DNA from: Nitrospirales bacterium
Lineage (GTDB): Bacteria > Nitrospirota > Nitrospiria > Nitrospirales > UBA8639
Assembly (NCBI GenBank): GCA_965203295.1
Contig: CBDBCZ010000014.1
Coordinates: forward strand, 832,001 to 896,000
DNA length: 64,000 nt
Direction: 5' to 3'
The position numbers and the translations under genes are program-made. Positions within the stretch are counted from its first letter, which is position 1. Every line of letters starts with the position of its first letter. The notes under the pieces are model-generated. The model worked only from the letters and a program-made list of their open reading frames with translations. It was not told the origin of the DNA and searched no databases. Shown here in pieces: positions 12,501 through 27,023 of the stretch.

Positions 12501-13756
12501 CCTGTGGTTTACCTATCTAATTAAGACATTTGTGTGGGCAGATTTACTTATACCACTTTTAATAGAGAGATCAACTCCAAACCCTGTAGAAAATATATGG
12601 AACAGCGTATGTACATACGTATCTACTCTTGCTCTGGAGCATGCAGAAGGGGTGAAACTTACATCACTGTGATCTATAGAGGAGAGTAGGATCTTCCACT
12701 TTGGTGAAAACATGGCTGTTGAAGACATTCATGACCTTCCCAATACCAAGGCCTTGGACTAGAGAGCTAACAATTAGGGTTCAGGTCATCGCATGCCACT
12801 CCAGTGAAGTACAAGCCTCAGCATAACAACATTGCTCATATCACTCTCCAAATGCAACAGTGCACAAGCAAAGCACATCACAACTACATGTACATCACAG
12901 CTATATGCCTATATGCATATTAAGTACATGTACATAAATCTTGAAGACATTCAGAGTACAAGCCACCCTACAAAATGTCTGTCTTGCTCATGGCATGTCA
13001 CAAGCAAGGTAACACTTGACAGAGGTTCCAGTTTAGATAAAATGATCAGGGAGCTAAATCCAAAAGCTCAAAGCGGAGCGCCTGTATATGAGTATAGATC
13101 CAGAGTAGGTTACACTGTTCCTGCACTAGAATTAGGCTAGCTAAACTGCTGCTGCGTTCAAAAATTAAATGACACACCACAGCTAATCACATGACAGCAA
13201 GCTACTGTGCCACCAGAGTTCATGCAAATACAACTGCGGCTACCAAAATTAATGCCTTGAGCTTTAGTTTCTGCTATTCTGTTAGTAGCACATCGTCTAC
13301 TAATGTACTATCTATGCCTTACCCCAACATAGCTGCACAGCCTTGTCTCAGCTGCTCAGTGCACACTCATTCACTGACTATAGTACTCTACACTCCTCGA
13401 CCTTCAGCCACTCCACTCCGAGTAAATATCCCCCAATGACATTACTGCATGACTGTCACTCACAGTTCTTGCCAACATCTAGACATATATAAGCCCAAAG
13501 AAATTGTCAGCAGTCTCAAGAAGCCACCAAAAGCGACATTAATTAGAGCACTTAAGATTCAAAGGGAATATGCAGCTAAAGTCTTTCCCACCTCAACCAA
13601 GTGACTCTGTATAAAGATCTGACTAGGGCTATACAGTTAAGAACAAAAATAGCTTCTCACCATCACACTGGGGTATGTGGTAAAGTTAAGACTTCTTGTT
13701 TTTCAGTTATTTTCTTTCCCTGATTCCTTGGCAAGCTAACAGAGTGATATAATAGA

Positions 13757-14035
13757 TCAACACTAGCAGAGTACTAGTATTAGAGTGGTAGTTATGTGCT
13801 TACATCATCGCCAGACTACGTATACTACAAGGGAGTGCTGATACGTATCTCAGTACAAAACTAGTGCAAATTATGTATCAGCACAAACAGTCAACACTAG
13901 CAGAGTACTAGTATTAGAGTGGTAGTTATGTGCTTACATCATCGCCAGACTACGTATACTACAAGGGAGTGCTGATACGTATCTCAGTACAAAACTAGTG
14001 CAAATTATGTATAATAAATCTCAGCACAAACAGTC
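13757..14035. repeat. Two-unit tandem repeat, period 134 bp (copy 2 ~42240-42518)
   Basis: TCAACACTAGCAGAGTACTAG... starts at 13757 and 13891. Confidence 0.9.
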
Positions 14036-14360
14036 ATAGAACCATCATGTAATATTTCCTATAAACAGAGTGTCCAACATTACAGCTGAGGCACATCACA
14101 TGACAGTCATACATGCTCTAACATATTGCATGTATAGCATTGATTGTATGAATGGTACTGTAGACACAGACTCCTTTCTAGATAAACATGTGGTCTACAG
14201 AAGAATGTAGTATGCAACATGCTTTGTATGCAAGTAAGTTCCATCATGCACCTGCCCATGCTGTTGACCAAATGTGTAACTAACACACATGCATACATGT
14301 ACGTACGAAGGTACGTACATACAAAGTATATACAGGTTTATACTGGCAGTTTGAAGTGAT

Positions 14361-15268
14361 TTTCTTTAGCATTTCTACTTCCGATATCCTTTCTTGCAAA
14401 CGATTTTCACATGATTCCAGGTGCTCCTCCATAGAAACATAGCTATGTATGTAAAACATTGTATACATTACTTCGAAACTAACTGTGAAAGCACCACAAC
14501 TACATGCAACATGAACAGTTAACATGCAATGATTACTATGCAGCAGAGAGTAATCCAAAACTAGTAAAGCCTATTACAAGCTAAGATGGAAATGTGCGTG
14601 TGTGTTTCATATGCATGATACCCATGCAGCCTTGACAGGGATAGTTCAGAGCTCTATGCAGTCTCTAGAATAGTCAGTATTTCTGCTCTGTTTTCCACAT
14701 AATTTACATACCTCAGATCTTTAGCCATTGGGTTCTTCTTGTAAGCAGCCAGTTCTTTCCTTAGTTCAGCTATAACAGCATCTTTTCTTTGGCTCTCAGA
14801 CTCAAACAGAGCCAGCCTACAGACTCTGTTCGTTAGACACTGCACTTGCACTTGATAATCCTGTAAAACGTGGCATGTAATCTAAATATGTACGTAACAG
14901 GTAATTTCAGAATCCAGTACACAAACTTGAAAAGCAGATACATGTATGTACATAGTCAGCTGTGTACATACATGTACATGTACATAGACTAACCATCTTT
15001 TCGAGTGTATACAGCAAGTTTTCCAGCAAGGAAAATAAACCACTTAATACAAAATGTGCATCACAATAATGTGTTCTACGACACCAAGAGCAACTATCCT
15101 GTGCTATCTATTTTGGCATGCATGTAGGAGAGGGGTGTAACTAGAATGACATTCCATGAGTAAAACATATTTAATATACCTTCTCAATGAGGGCATCATA
15201 TATACGTAGCAAAGAGTTGCTTTCAGAATCCTCTCCTGTTCTTGCTCTTTGTTCCACAGCATCCAGTC
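14361..15268 (-). pseudogene. FHAD1-like coiled-coil exon triplet, minus-strand arm (copy 2 ~42840-43738)
   Basis: Inverted paralog of 19462-20403. The third exon has lost its donor (CAGGTCTGT deleted). Confidence 0.65.
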
Positions 15269-15819
15269 CTAAAACAGGACCAAGAATAACAATACGTACA
15301 CACATAATATTATACAGTAGTAATCATAGCAGGCTTATGGTACTGTATTGCATTGCAATTAACGAGCTCGCGAGTCAGCCATCACCTATACAAGTTTACG
15401 CTTGCGAGCCAGCCATCACCTACGGACTCGCAAGCCAACCCTTCGGCGACGGGGTTGGCAGAGTTCTGCAGAACTCTTCCTATGGCTACCAAGAGCGCAT
15501 AACTGCACAGCAAGAGCTAGCCAGATGCCTAACCAAAAGGTTCGCTGAATCATAGACATCAGTCACCACGTGGACGTTATTAACATCTATGGCTGAATAA
15601 ATATTAGGTGTTTACGGTGTATGAGCCACGCCCTCTTCCACGGATTCCGAAAATTATTATACGTGCAGGTTTGCTGTCCAAGAAGAATCGATCGTAAATC
15701 AAGACCTACGAGAGAGGCAAGTGTTTAATATCCTATGCTTCTGGTGCTCGAATGCCAGTAGGCTCTAAATATGTACACCAGTGGGCAGACATGACCAGTC
15801 TAATTGGGGTCCTATGTTT

Positions 15820-16204
15820 TAAAACAGTCCTAATAGTGACCCCCATGCATACATAATTAGCTGAACTAAAAATGACCTTTTTAAGCCTTGCAAGGGGTCC
15901 TGTTCCCTAACCCTATCCCTAACCTTAACCCTAACCCTAACCTGATTCTAACCCTAATTAAATTAGGGGGCTATGAATCTCATTTAAGATTAGACTTTTG
16001 CCTTACTATTCAGGGATTTGTATGCTTGGGGTCAAAATTGTCATTTTCTAGCAAAGTTGTAGCTTGATCAGACTAACCCTAACCCTAACCCTAACCCCAA
16101 CCCTAACCCTAACCCTAGGCCTAACCCCAACCCTAATCCTAACCCTAACCCTGACACTAAAGACATTTACATAAGTCCTTGAATAGTAAGGTAAAACTTC
16201 CTCC
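15820..16204. repeat. Segment with interstitial telomere-like (CCCTAA)n tracts, copy 1 only; possible Helentron/HINE-like element
   Basis: Degenerate CCCTAA runs at ~15905-15957 and ~16073-16152. Imperfect inverted repeat TTTTGCCTTACTATTCAGGGA / TCCTTGAATAGTAAGGTAAAA around the second run. Confidence 0.7.
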
Positions 16205-16208
16205 TTAA

Positions 16209-17177
<969 letters not shown>

Positions 17178-19461
17178 TTAATAGCGGTTGCACTCACCGT
17201 ACGTTATACTTCTCAAGTGGGTATCCAACTGAATGAACGCCGCTGGAATGTCACTGCAACTATGAATTTGTGTAGTGGTTCATGCGCTCCTGATATTATG
17301 TGGCATCATTGACATAACACAATCTAGTGAACAAATTGATCTTGGAGACCAAAATTTTCGGAATATTGGTCTGGGCAGACCATTTCTTCCTGAAACTTTT
17401 GATCTCCCCACGAAAATAATAATCCGACCATGTTGGAACTGTTCCACGAGCGAATTCCACCTGCTACTGTCTTCCGCACTAGACTACTACAATGCGGTGG
17501 ATAGCTACAATAGCCTGCATTGTAATAGCGAATGTATTGGCATGTTTTGTTGTCTTGGGCGACAGCTAATGCCAGAAGCCTCAAATTCACTATCACCAGT
17601 ACCATCGAGAAAGATTCCTGCATCGATGTACCTCATACAGCATTATTTAGCAACACTAGATGGCACTGTAGCAGATGTGAGAAGTAGTATATTTGCAGAT
17701 ATTCAGTTAAATTGCTTAATAATAGCTATGCCATAGTACATCCAAAGGGGGACCAACATTTTCAAGGTAGGACGTGTAGGACCTACTGTGCTGAAAGATT
17801 CAAAATTGGCAATTCTGCTGGAAGATGTAGCTGGGGGGGGGGGGGGGGGGGGGGTCAGTTTTCCAATAGAAATTTTGGTCCTTTGACCATTTCTTCCAGG
17901 ACCAAGATTCCAGACACATCTGGATTTCAGTTGGAACTTAGCAGCTTTAAATTTGTTTCTACAGGTATTATAATAATGTGTATGTAAAGTGTGTGCAACT
18001 TGCTGTGTGGGTATAGATTTCTTAAACGTACAGCTTTACTTGCATCGTCAGAATGTTTAAGCGTCAGTCATATCATAACCATGCAGCTTTTCTGTGATGA
18101 GTTGCCTCCTTTCAAACAATGTTCACAGCAGGCAAGTACTGAATAACTGTAAATGTGATTCTGCTATTGCAGGTCAATGTAACTTCATTGATGTTTTTCA
18201 ACTACCATGACCACAAATGAAGATAAGGTGCCTCACAGCAGCAGTGCTCCACCCTCAGCTCCAGAAGCAGTATCCCTACGACACAGGTGTCAATTTTTTT
18301 AGTTTTGTTCAATACTATTTGCATGTATGCACAGTAGGTATTACATGTACATCGCAAACTCTTCAGCTTTCAGCTGAGCTACTTGCTATGTACATGTACA
18401 AGTAGATGTAGCTGTAGACATGTCCATGTTCATGTCAATTCTATACTGGAGGATGAATTGTAATTGCAAAAGGTTGTCACAGAAACGTGTATGTAGCGTG
18501 TAAACACCGTGCAAATCAGACAACCTGTAAAAAATATGGACAGAATCTCCAAATTATGTGCAACTGCTAGCAACATTACAATATTGCCAGAGTAGTGACT
18601 CTTGAGTGGTCAGCTAGCATAGAGTGATAAGTGTGGCTAGGCCTTAGTGTGAGATCATTATGGAGTATGTTGCAGAGCAGACCTGCACATCTGAACACTT
18701 GATTAGACCTCATCAGTTATCACCGACTTTGAGTTTACTTTACTTTAGCTGTCTATAGCACAACTACTGCTAACACATACCAGTGACTACCACCTATTAA
18801 CAAAATCTATCTTAGTCACAGTCTGTTACACATGCATGCGTATCGGCAACTGCCGTCAGCCAGTGATGTGTATTTTTTGGATGCAGTTGATAGCAGAGAA
18901 GCAGCCTCAAGCAACGCTTTCCTTTCTTCTTTTTCATTTAGCCCATTTTAATACATGATGAGACAACTGTATCAGATCCCAGTTCTCCACACCAAGGAAG
19001 GAATACTCACGGTAGGTTTGATTTGTTGTAAAGTAAGTCTGCACTATTGGTTTTATTTGAGTTGGACATTCAATACCATTATTTTTACAGTACTTCTGAA
19101 ATTTTTATGATAATATATGTAATTATTATTTCAGTACATCTGGAATTTCTGTGGGCCATATGAGTATTATGTTTCCAAAATCTGGTCATACATGTGCAGG
19201 AGGGTTGAGCCCCCCACACACACCACACACACACAAAAGCAACCTGGATTGATGTTAAAATTTCCTTCACACCAGTTGGTACCCATCTAGTGTCTAGTGC
19301 AACGTAGCCTTGTTTCCACACACGCACACACACACACTTTTAGTAGCTGTACCCACCCCTGATGTGACACTCGTTAATTGCATTCACCCAATGTACCATA
19401 AGCCTGCTATAGTTACTACTGTATATGTGTGTACATATTGTTGTTCTTGGTCCTGTTTTAG

Positions 19462-20403
19462 GACTGGATGCTGTGGAACAAAGAGCAAGAGCAGGAGAGG
19501 ATTCTGAAAGCAACTCTTTGCTACGTATACATGATGCCCTTATTGAGAAGGTATAGTTTTACTCATGGAATCTCATTCTAGCTACATCCCTCTCCTACAT
19601 GCATGCCAATATAGATAGCACAGGATAGTTGCTCTTGGTGTCGTAGAACACATTATTGTGATGCACATTTTGTACTAAGTGGTTTATTTTCCTTGCTGGA
19701 AAATTTGCTGTATACACTCGAAAAGATGGTTAGTCTGAGTGGGCCATCAGCCTGTTCTGATCATTGGCCCTTACTTACATACACATGTACATGTATGTAC
19801 ACAGCTGACTATGTACATACATGTATCTGCTTTTCAAGGTTTGTGTACTGGATTCTGAAATTACCTGTTACATACATATTTAGATTACATGCCACGTTTT
19901 ACAGGATTATCAAGTGCAGTGTCTAACTGACAGAGTCTGTAGACTGGCTCCGTTTGAGTCTGAGAGCCAAAGAAAGGATGCTGTTATAGCTGAACTAAGG
20001 AAAGAACTGGCTGCTTACAAAAAGAACCCAATGGCTAAAGATCTGAGGTATGTAAATTATGTGGAAAGCAAGGCAGAAATATTAAAGAGACTGCATATAG
20101 CTCTGAACTATCCCAACTCTGTAAAAGCTGCGCATGGGCATCATGCATATGAAACACACACACACATTTTCCATTTTAGCTTGTAATAGGCTTTACTAGT
20201 TTTGGATTACTCTCTGCTGCATACTAATCATTGCATGTTTAACTGCTCATGTTATATGTAGTTGTGGTGCTTTCACAGTTAGTTTCAAAGTAATGTATAC
20301 AATGTTTTACATACATAGGTATGTTACTATGGAGGAGCACCTGGAATCATGTGAAAGTCGTTTGCAAGAAAGGATATCTGAAGTAGAAATGCTAAAGAAA
20401 CAG
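19462..20403 (+). CDS. FHAD1-like coiled-coil gene fragment, exons 19462-19550, 19905-20047, 20319-20403; no FHA-domain exons found
   Basis: Canonical splice sites join in frame: LDAVEQRARAG...DALIEK|DYQVQCLTDRVCRLAPFESESQRKDAVIAELRKEL...|YVTMEEHLESCESRLQERISEVEMLKKQ. Resembles my recollection of the post-FHA block of FHAD1; unverified. Confidence 0.55.
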
Positions 20404-21829
20404 GTCTGTATCACTTCAAACTGCCAATATAAACCTATCTATACTTTGTATGTACGTATATCTTCGTACGTACATGTATGTGTGTTTATTACACATTTGG
20501 TCAACAGCATGGGCAGGTGCATGTTGGAACTTACTTGCATATCCACATTCTTCTCTTGTAGGACAAGATGGGAGTGATTGATCCTATTTTTGCACCGAGA
20601 AAGGCCAGAAGGAGAGATATAGCGTGCACTGGTCCATGATCAGAATGTATGCATGCTGGGACCAAGCAGAGCTGAGTGATGAACATATGTACATAAGTAA
20701 CATCTGTTTTTTTTCTTCACTAATGTCACTTTCCGTTCACTAATTGTTGGATTATCCTGATTTTCAACTAGAATGCACTGGATGATGTACTTTGATGTCA
20801 TCTCAAGTTTGGTTACAACCGCTTGATAAATACTGGAGATAATTATAAACCATGCAGTGAACTGTGCCCAATTGCCGTAGACAATGTATTAGGGGGAGCA
20901 ATGTTTGGCACCCCTACTACAGTGTCTGTAGAAAGTGGACAGAATTCACTAGTGCATAACTTTGGAACATAACAATTACAGTGCAATCAAACTTGAGATA
21001 ACAACTCAGTATACTAGCTTTCTAATACCATATTGTATGGTCATTTGTCTGCCGTGTTTGAATCAAATCATTATTCATTAATTTCCCTTCATTCAGTGCT
21101 GACTGGTAGATGTTACAGATTTCAGTCTTCACGGAATGCTATACAGTTATTCATATCACCTTCCTCCCCTTTTTTCACTACATGGCTAACCCAGACTGGA
21201 ATAAGAAAAACCCTGAGAACCAGGCAATTAAGCACTGCTACATATACTGATTATAGTCTTGTAACTGTGTGTAAATATAGGAAATTTAATTAGCTAAGAG
21301 TATTTCTCAATAAGGTAATTTATGAATACCACAATGGTCTGCCAAACTAATGTACCCAAGTACCATTAATCAGCATTGTGCTGTATCTATGCCCTTGCTT
21401 GGCCTGTTACCCTGTGTGATCTGTGTATACTGTAGTGATAACATGCTGCCAATGGCGCATGCACTGAATGCCTTAGGCTGTATTTTGTCTCAATTAATTG
21501 CCAGACAAAATGAGTGAATTGCATTTCCAAGGGGAAAGATTGTCAGTGAAGCGAGCAATAAGTGAACCAAGAAATCAGCAAATAGAGAAGCAAGTGAAGC
21601 CTTAGACTGAGTGTGTATGGAGTACCACATGTGCTAGGCTATTTTGTTTATTCATGCAGTGATATTGATTTTGCATAGCTGATGACATAGTATCCAGACA
21701 CACATAATATAAGAACTATAGCACAGTACAGTCACAGATACAATAATTATATGACTTAAAACTGCTATAGCTGTTTCGAAACTCAAAAGTGAAAATTGGT
21801 GACTATGGAGTGCAAGGTTTCCTAATCAG

Positions 21830-22190
21830 TGCTGCTTCACTTCCCACTCACTGTCTAGTAGTAATGTAGGATATCTCTCAGCATCCAAATTATTGACTTT
21901 ATACGTTTGCATCTATCCCTCCTGCCTTTCAAAGATTCTAACCCCATATCCCCCTACTGCTTCATTGCACGTTTTAGAAGAGCAGCCAAGTATTTTCTAG
22001 CTGCTCCTAGCTGAGTAGATTCCAAGGAAGCTGTCTGCCTTTTATTACAAGCCCACACTATTCTAAGTAGGACTAAGTACCGAAACTAGCAATAACCTTC
22101 TTGCAACTGTACTAATATTTCTATGACTTAAAAACCTACGTACTTGATTCAATTTTCTCTCCTATATTCATTGTATCTACCTGCACACTA
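21830..22190 (-). mobile_element. Second fragment of the same LINE family (copy 2 ~48935-49295)
   Basis: Shares TTCATTGCACGTTTTAGAAGAGCAGCCAAG and AGATTCCAAGGAAGCTGTCTG with 11150-11280. Confidence 0.75.
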
Positions 22191-23522
22191 CCTGAGACCA
22201 GCAACAAGCTGTAATCTGCAACTATATAATTAATGACAGAATTCTGCTTCATACAAGGCTATACGTACATACCTTACTGAATGTCAGCACGTGTTCTTCT
22301 TGCTGCAGTATGGTTGAGAGAGTATGGCCTACTCTGCACCCCAGTGGTCACGCTTGGTGACTGTAGTAGGCCTATAGAATTGATTGTTGTCATATTTTCA
22401 ATGTCAGCTATTCAGTCCTGACTTCTAAAATTAGGGTATATAACCAAGGAGAGTAGCCAACATCAAGTGTGCATGCTGCTGGCTGCTATAGCTAAGTGCT
22501 GGTGGCTACTTGATATGTATTCATAAACTAGATACTTTGAGTGGAATCTATTATCTACAGCTAATAGTTTGAGATGACATAATCACTGTAGCCTTAAGCA
22601 CTAGACTCTGGGAGAATAGCGGTTTGTGCGGATTTCAGACAAGTGCAAGAAAGAGTGGGAATTGTTCACAGGAATATACGAGCGGGTTGCACACACTCTC
22701 AATAAATGAAAGAGTGACTATTAGTGCTATTGCTATAGCCTGCCAGACACCATTACAGCACATATGTTGCAGGGTTTCATACACAAAGTAAAAGTTCCCA
22801 CAAAATGGTGAAGGCGAGTCTAATTTTTTTTTTCACCTCGGGAGCATTATTTCTTACTTCAAGTAGAACAGCAGATCTTGGCAATAAAGTTGCAAACATT
22901 CTCCCAAACATTAATTGTTGCCTGAGCCTTTGGTTATTGGTTGTCCTAAAAAAAGGGCAGTATTATTTATACCTCACACCATGAAACTTGGATAAATGTG
23001 TTGGAAACAAGAATACTCGTCAAGGGGTAGTTCCCAAGCATCTACCCTCAAGATGTTGGTGTCAGCTTTAGCTATAAATTATCGGAGAGTTATTTCTCAG
23101 ACTGAGTTGATGTACCCCAGAATATACTTCAGACACTGAAGTAGTATGTAAGAATATTAGCTAAAGAAATACTTGACCTTGAAATAGAGAAGGATAGTTC
23201 AACAAAAGTCATGCCACTCTCGCTAGCTGTCCTCTTTAGTGGTTTCCTGCTAGAGTTTAGGCTCTCCTGACGACTGCAGAGCACCAATGAAAACATTATT
23301 GATGAACTTCCCATACAATCAAACGGTAGATGTATTATAAATGCGTTACTCTGTAAACATGTACACCATATTTCGTTACCTTACAACATTGCATTTTCTG
23401 CATGGAATGCCATGACGGTAGACACTATCAACCAGTTGAGTGCACAGCATGCCCACACAGGCTCTCTGATCTTGGTCACTAGCTATATGCACGTGCTTGC
23501 TAACCAAAAAACTATACATGAA

Positions 23523-25607
23523 GATAAGAGTTTTGAATGCTACCTACAGGTTCATAGTTACTGTAGAAGGCAGACATTAGACTGAACTTATTACTATAGC
23601 AGAAGTCTGATTGATTAGTCCTGAGGTGGCAGCTGTTCATGCACTCATGTACAAAGGAAGGTCTCCAGTGGTTACTTTGCTGTCACAGACTTGGTAGCTA
23701 TTGCTATTTATCGTGATTCAAGTACACATCATAGCAACATTGCAGGGAATGCAGTTTTGTTGGTGATTCAATTTCAAACCAGAAGGCTTGTTATAGCCTT
23801 CTGGTTGATTAAGGAATTAATCATCCAAACACTCCTCTACGTATGGACATTTGGGTGAGAGATTTGCCTATCTACGGTTTAGAGATGCTCACACAATCTG
23901 GTGGTAATGTTTGGTAGCAGTTCCAAATGTTGCACCATACGTATCCTTAATAGGACAGTATCCACCATACCTACAGAAGAAAAAACGCAAGACTCACGTG
24001 TACCAATCACGAGAGCAATTTAGGAATGGGGGCGGGGCTCAAGGAGCTACGGGTAAGCTTACGTACGCACGATCTAGCTAGGAGCGAGCGCACGCGACGA
24101 GGAACGGTTGATTGGACGTGTTGCCAAACGTTACAGGGTCTTCAGTAGGTTGCTCTGACAGTCATATCCCAGGGTAAGTGGAAAAGATACTGCCGCTCAT
24201 ATGCCTGAGGCAAAAGTAGCTTAAATTATGGGTGAGAGTATCCGACTGCTATATTTCTGGGTCAGGTCGTTTTCTCGTTACCAGCGCAAAACTAAGGCTA
24301 ACACCGCTTTAGTATCCTTCGCCTTGATTGTGAGCTGGGAACGAGACTAGTCCAATCCTTAGTCTGGGTGGTGGGGATGGTCTGATCCAAGCCTGGGCTG
24401 GCTGCATGACTTCACTCTTCAAACTATTGGTAAGGTTGCTGTCTGATTTCCAGCGTAATTTCATGCAAGATGGGGACAGATACACAAACCTTAGCTGCTC
24501 TACTAAGTAGCTGAATGCTGCTTTTTGGGCCACACTAGCGTCTGTAGCTACATCAGCTAACGTTCCACTGTTCCATTATCAAGTATATATAAGCTTTAAT
24601 ATTTAGACTCGAACATCAAGTTGAAGAGCGCTCTAATGGATAGTGTGCTAGATATAATCCTGAGATGGAACCCACACAGTGCCAGGATTGATCTTTCCCT
24701 GCATTGCTTAATATTTTGTCATTTGTGCGATCTATCAACTGTACTGTGCATTGCCTTTAATGAATTCATGAGCTCTGTTTAGGCATTTCAGGATTCCGTT
24801 TAAAAAGAACTCGATATACATGGATGTGTAAACGCACTAATTCAATTCAGAAACTAAACCCCATCAGCAACATGAGGTGGGTTACCAGGTATGCTCATAA
24901 GCCAGTTTTCAAAATCAGCACATTAACCCCTATAAGATTTATTGTACCCTGAATCTTGAACCATATGCCTGTATTTTAGAGGTTTGGGTTTATTTGGGAT
25001 TAGTGCCACACACAGATTTGTTAAATGTACAATACAGTTTATCAGTTAGTACCAATTCACAGACTGAGGTGGTAGTTTCCAGTTCACAAGAAAATGCTTC
25101 AGCCATTAGTTTTGAATTCATTGGCCGGGGAGAGCCTTGGAATAAGGCAAATTTCCTTTTTTTCTTCTTCTGTAGGTATGGTGGATACTGTCCTATTAAG
25201 GATACGTATGGTGCAACATTTGAAACTGCTATCAAACATTACCACCAGATTGTGTGAGCATCTCTAAACCGTAGATAGGCAAATCTCTCACCCAAATGTC
25301 CATACGTAGAGGAGTGTTTGGATGATTAATTCCTTAATCAACCAGAAGGCTATAACAAGCCTTCTGGTTTGAAATTGAATCACCAACAAAACTGCATTCC
25401 CTGCAATGTTGCTATGATGTGTACTTGAATCACGATAAATAGCAATAGCTACCAAGTCTGTGACAGCAAAGTAACCACTGGAGACCTTCCTTTGTACATG
25501 AGTGCTCAGGACTAATTAATCAGACTTCTGCTATAGTAATAAGTTCAGTCTAATGTCTGCCTTCTACAGTAACTACGAACCTGTAGGTAGCATTCAAAAC
25601 TCTTATC
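23523..25607. repeat. Inverted duplication: arms 23523-23985 and ~25160-25607 around a ~1.2-kb inverted spacer
   Basis: 23987-25607 is the reverse complement of 50628-52264. Confidence 0.95.
24137..25257 (+). pseudogene. FAM166/CIMIP2-like (ciliary PYG-motif) fragment, inverted copy; exons ~24137-24173 and 25176 onward
   Basis: Donor CCAGG|GTAAGT and acceptor TGTAG|G splice to HIPG|YGGYCPIKDTYGATFETAIKHYHQIV, followed by a premature TGA. Confidence 0.6.
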
Positions 25608-26799
25608 CTAGTGGACTAGTTGCATAGTAGCAGACCAGGGTGTGCCATACGTTGTATTGCACACATGACGAAATGCACGCACACAAACAAAACGTGGTCA
25701 ATGTCGTAGGACCTGCCGTTCACACATTTTACAATCAGTTGGCAATTCCCTTCGCACAACTCATTAGGCAAAATGTTCAGGCCTTTTACCTACCTAACTC
25801 TTGACTATAAGGCATACAGAGTTATAGGAAGTTAATGTTAATTGCCTTTCTTTTCTTCATTTAGTTGGAACTGGAGGTACAGATGGCAACTGTAAGTATT
25901 GCAGTGGTGTGCTCATGGTAAATGTATGGTATGGGTGGGTAGGAGTACCTTCATGTGAAGAGTTAGAGTGAGAAATGTAATATAACTGACTTCGGCTGAT
26001 CCTGGATCCCGAAACTTTAGAAACAATGCTCAGCATTCCGTTATTGCATGCCCCAAGTAACACCCTTAGCCAGTTATTTGAAAACTTTGCATATAAAGTT
26101 TGTGACCTGACAATAGCTGATCGTGTCTTCCTTCCACTGGCTGCTAGTTTTAGTCATGGTGGCATTAGTGACTTGTCACTGGCCTTGTTGGGATTACTGA
26201 TTATTTAGGGCATAGTATCGCTTTGCTACACAGCCATAACCTACTGTTTCAAGGCTCTCCTGACTATCCTTGTTCCCAGTCCTGCCAATCCCAGCTTTTA
26301 TCTTGAGGCTGGGGTGGATAGGAATGAGAACAAGGCTAGTCCTGACTGTGTGCTCATAATATCTCCTGTGGGAAAAAATTGATTTTTCGCATGAGAGCTT
26401 CCCATTCCTACTCCCTTCTACCTCTCTATGTCATTGTGCACACCTGCTGTGATGCAGTACCCAGCGCAGTCTCACAGAAATCATTGCAGCACGTATGAGG
26501 ATCATACCTGTCCTATTCTCATACAGTCAGTGGCATGATAGCCGGCTGTGCCTCCATCTTTAGCACAACTCTTAGCGGACTAACACAAATGTATTTGCTC
26601 AATTCTCCGGTAATATTCACTGCTGTAAGAGCTGTCTGGTACAGCAAACAACTTTGCTTCTTTAATGGACTCAGGTATATGCATTTCTGAAATAGTAACA
26701 GGAAGTTTAATCTTTCATGTGGGAGCTTCCTACTCTTAATACCTTCCACCTCCCTACATTATATTGCTGTTCTGAACTTTGTTTTGCCTTTACCCTCAG

Positions 26800-27023
26800 C
26801 TCAGCGTGGTTCTGATGACAGTACAACTGTGGTAGCAGTGGTTGTGCCATTGTCTATCATCCTTGTTGCCCTCTTGGTTGTCGCAGTCTTCGGAGTAGTG
26901 TTCGTTGCTGTCAAACATGGTGGCACAAAGTCCTCAGTGTATGAGGAATTGCAAGAAAAGAGAGCTCATCCAGAAAGTATAATTGAAGATTATTGCCTCC
27001 CAGAAAATGAACCATCAATGGAG
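26800..27023 (+). CDS. Single-pass transmembrane exon with cytoplasmic tyrosine motifs; possible short upstream exons 25865-25891 and 26458-26492
   Basis: Pyrimidine-tract acceptor, VVAVVVPLSIILVALLVVAVFGVVFVAV-KH, SVYEEL (fits SxYxxL), GT donor. Confidence 0.75.

Noticed and set aside
15905..16152. True telomere or chromosome fusion site
   Set aside because: Short degenerate tracts in one orientation, inside a segment absent from copy 2.
17275..17987. 153-aa ORF and neighbours
   Set aside because: Truncated in copy 2, no recognisable domain, and overlapping GGACCA-type repeats that look like MITE sequence.
22900..23330. Coding-like + strand frame (YVRILAKEILDLEIEKD...)
   Set aside because: Multiple stops and no family I can recognise.
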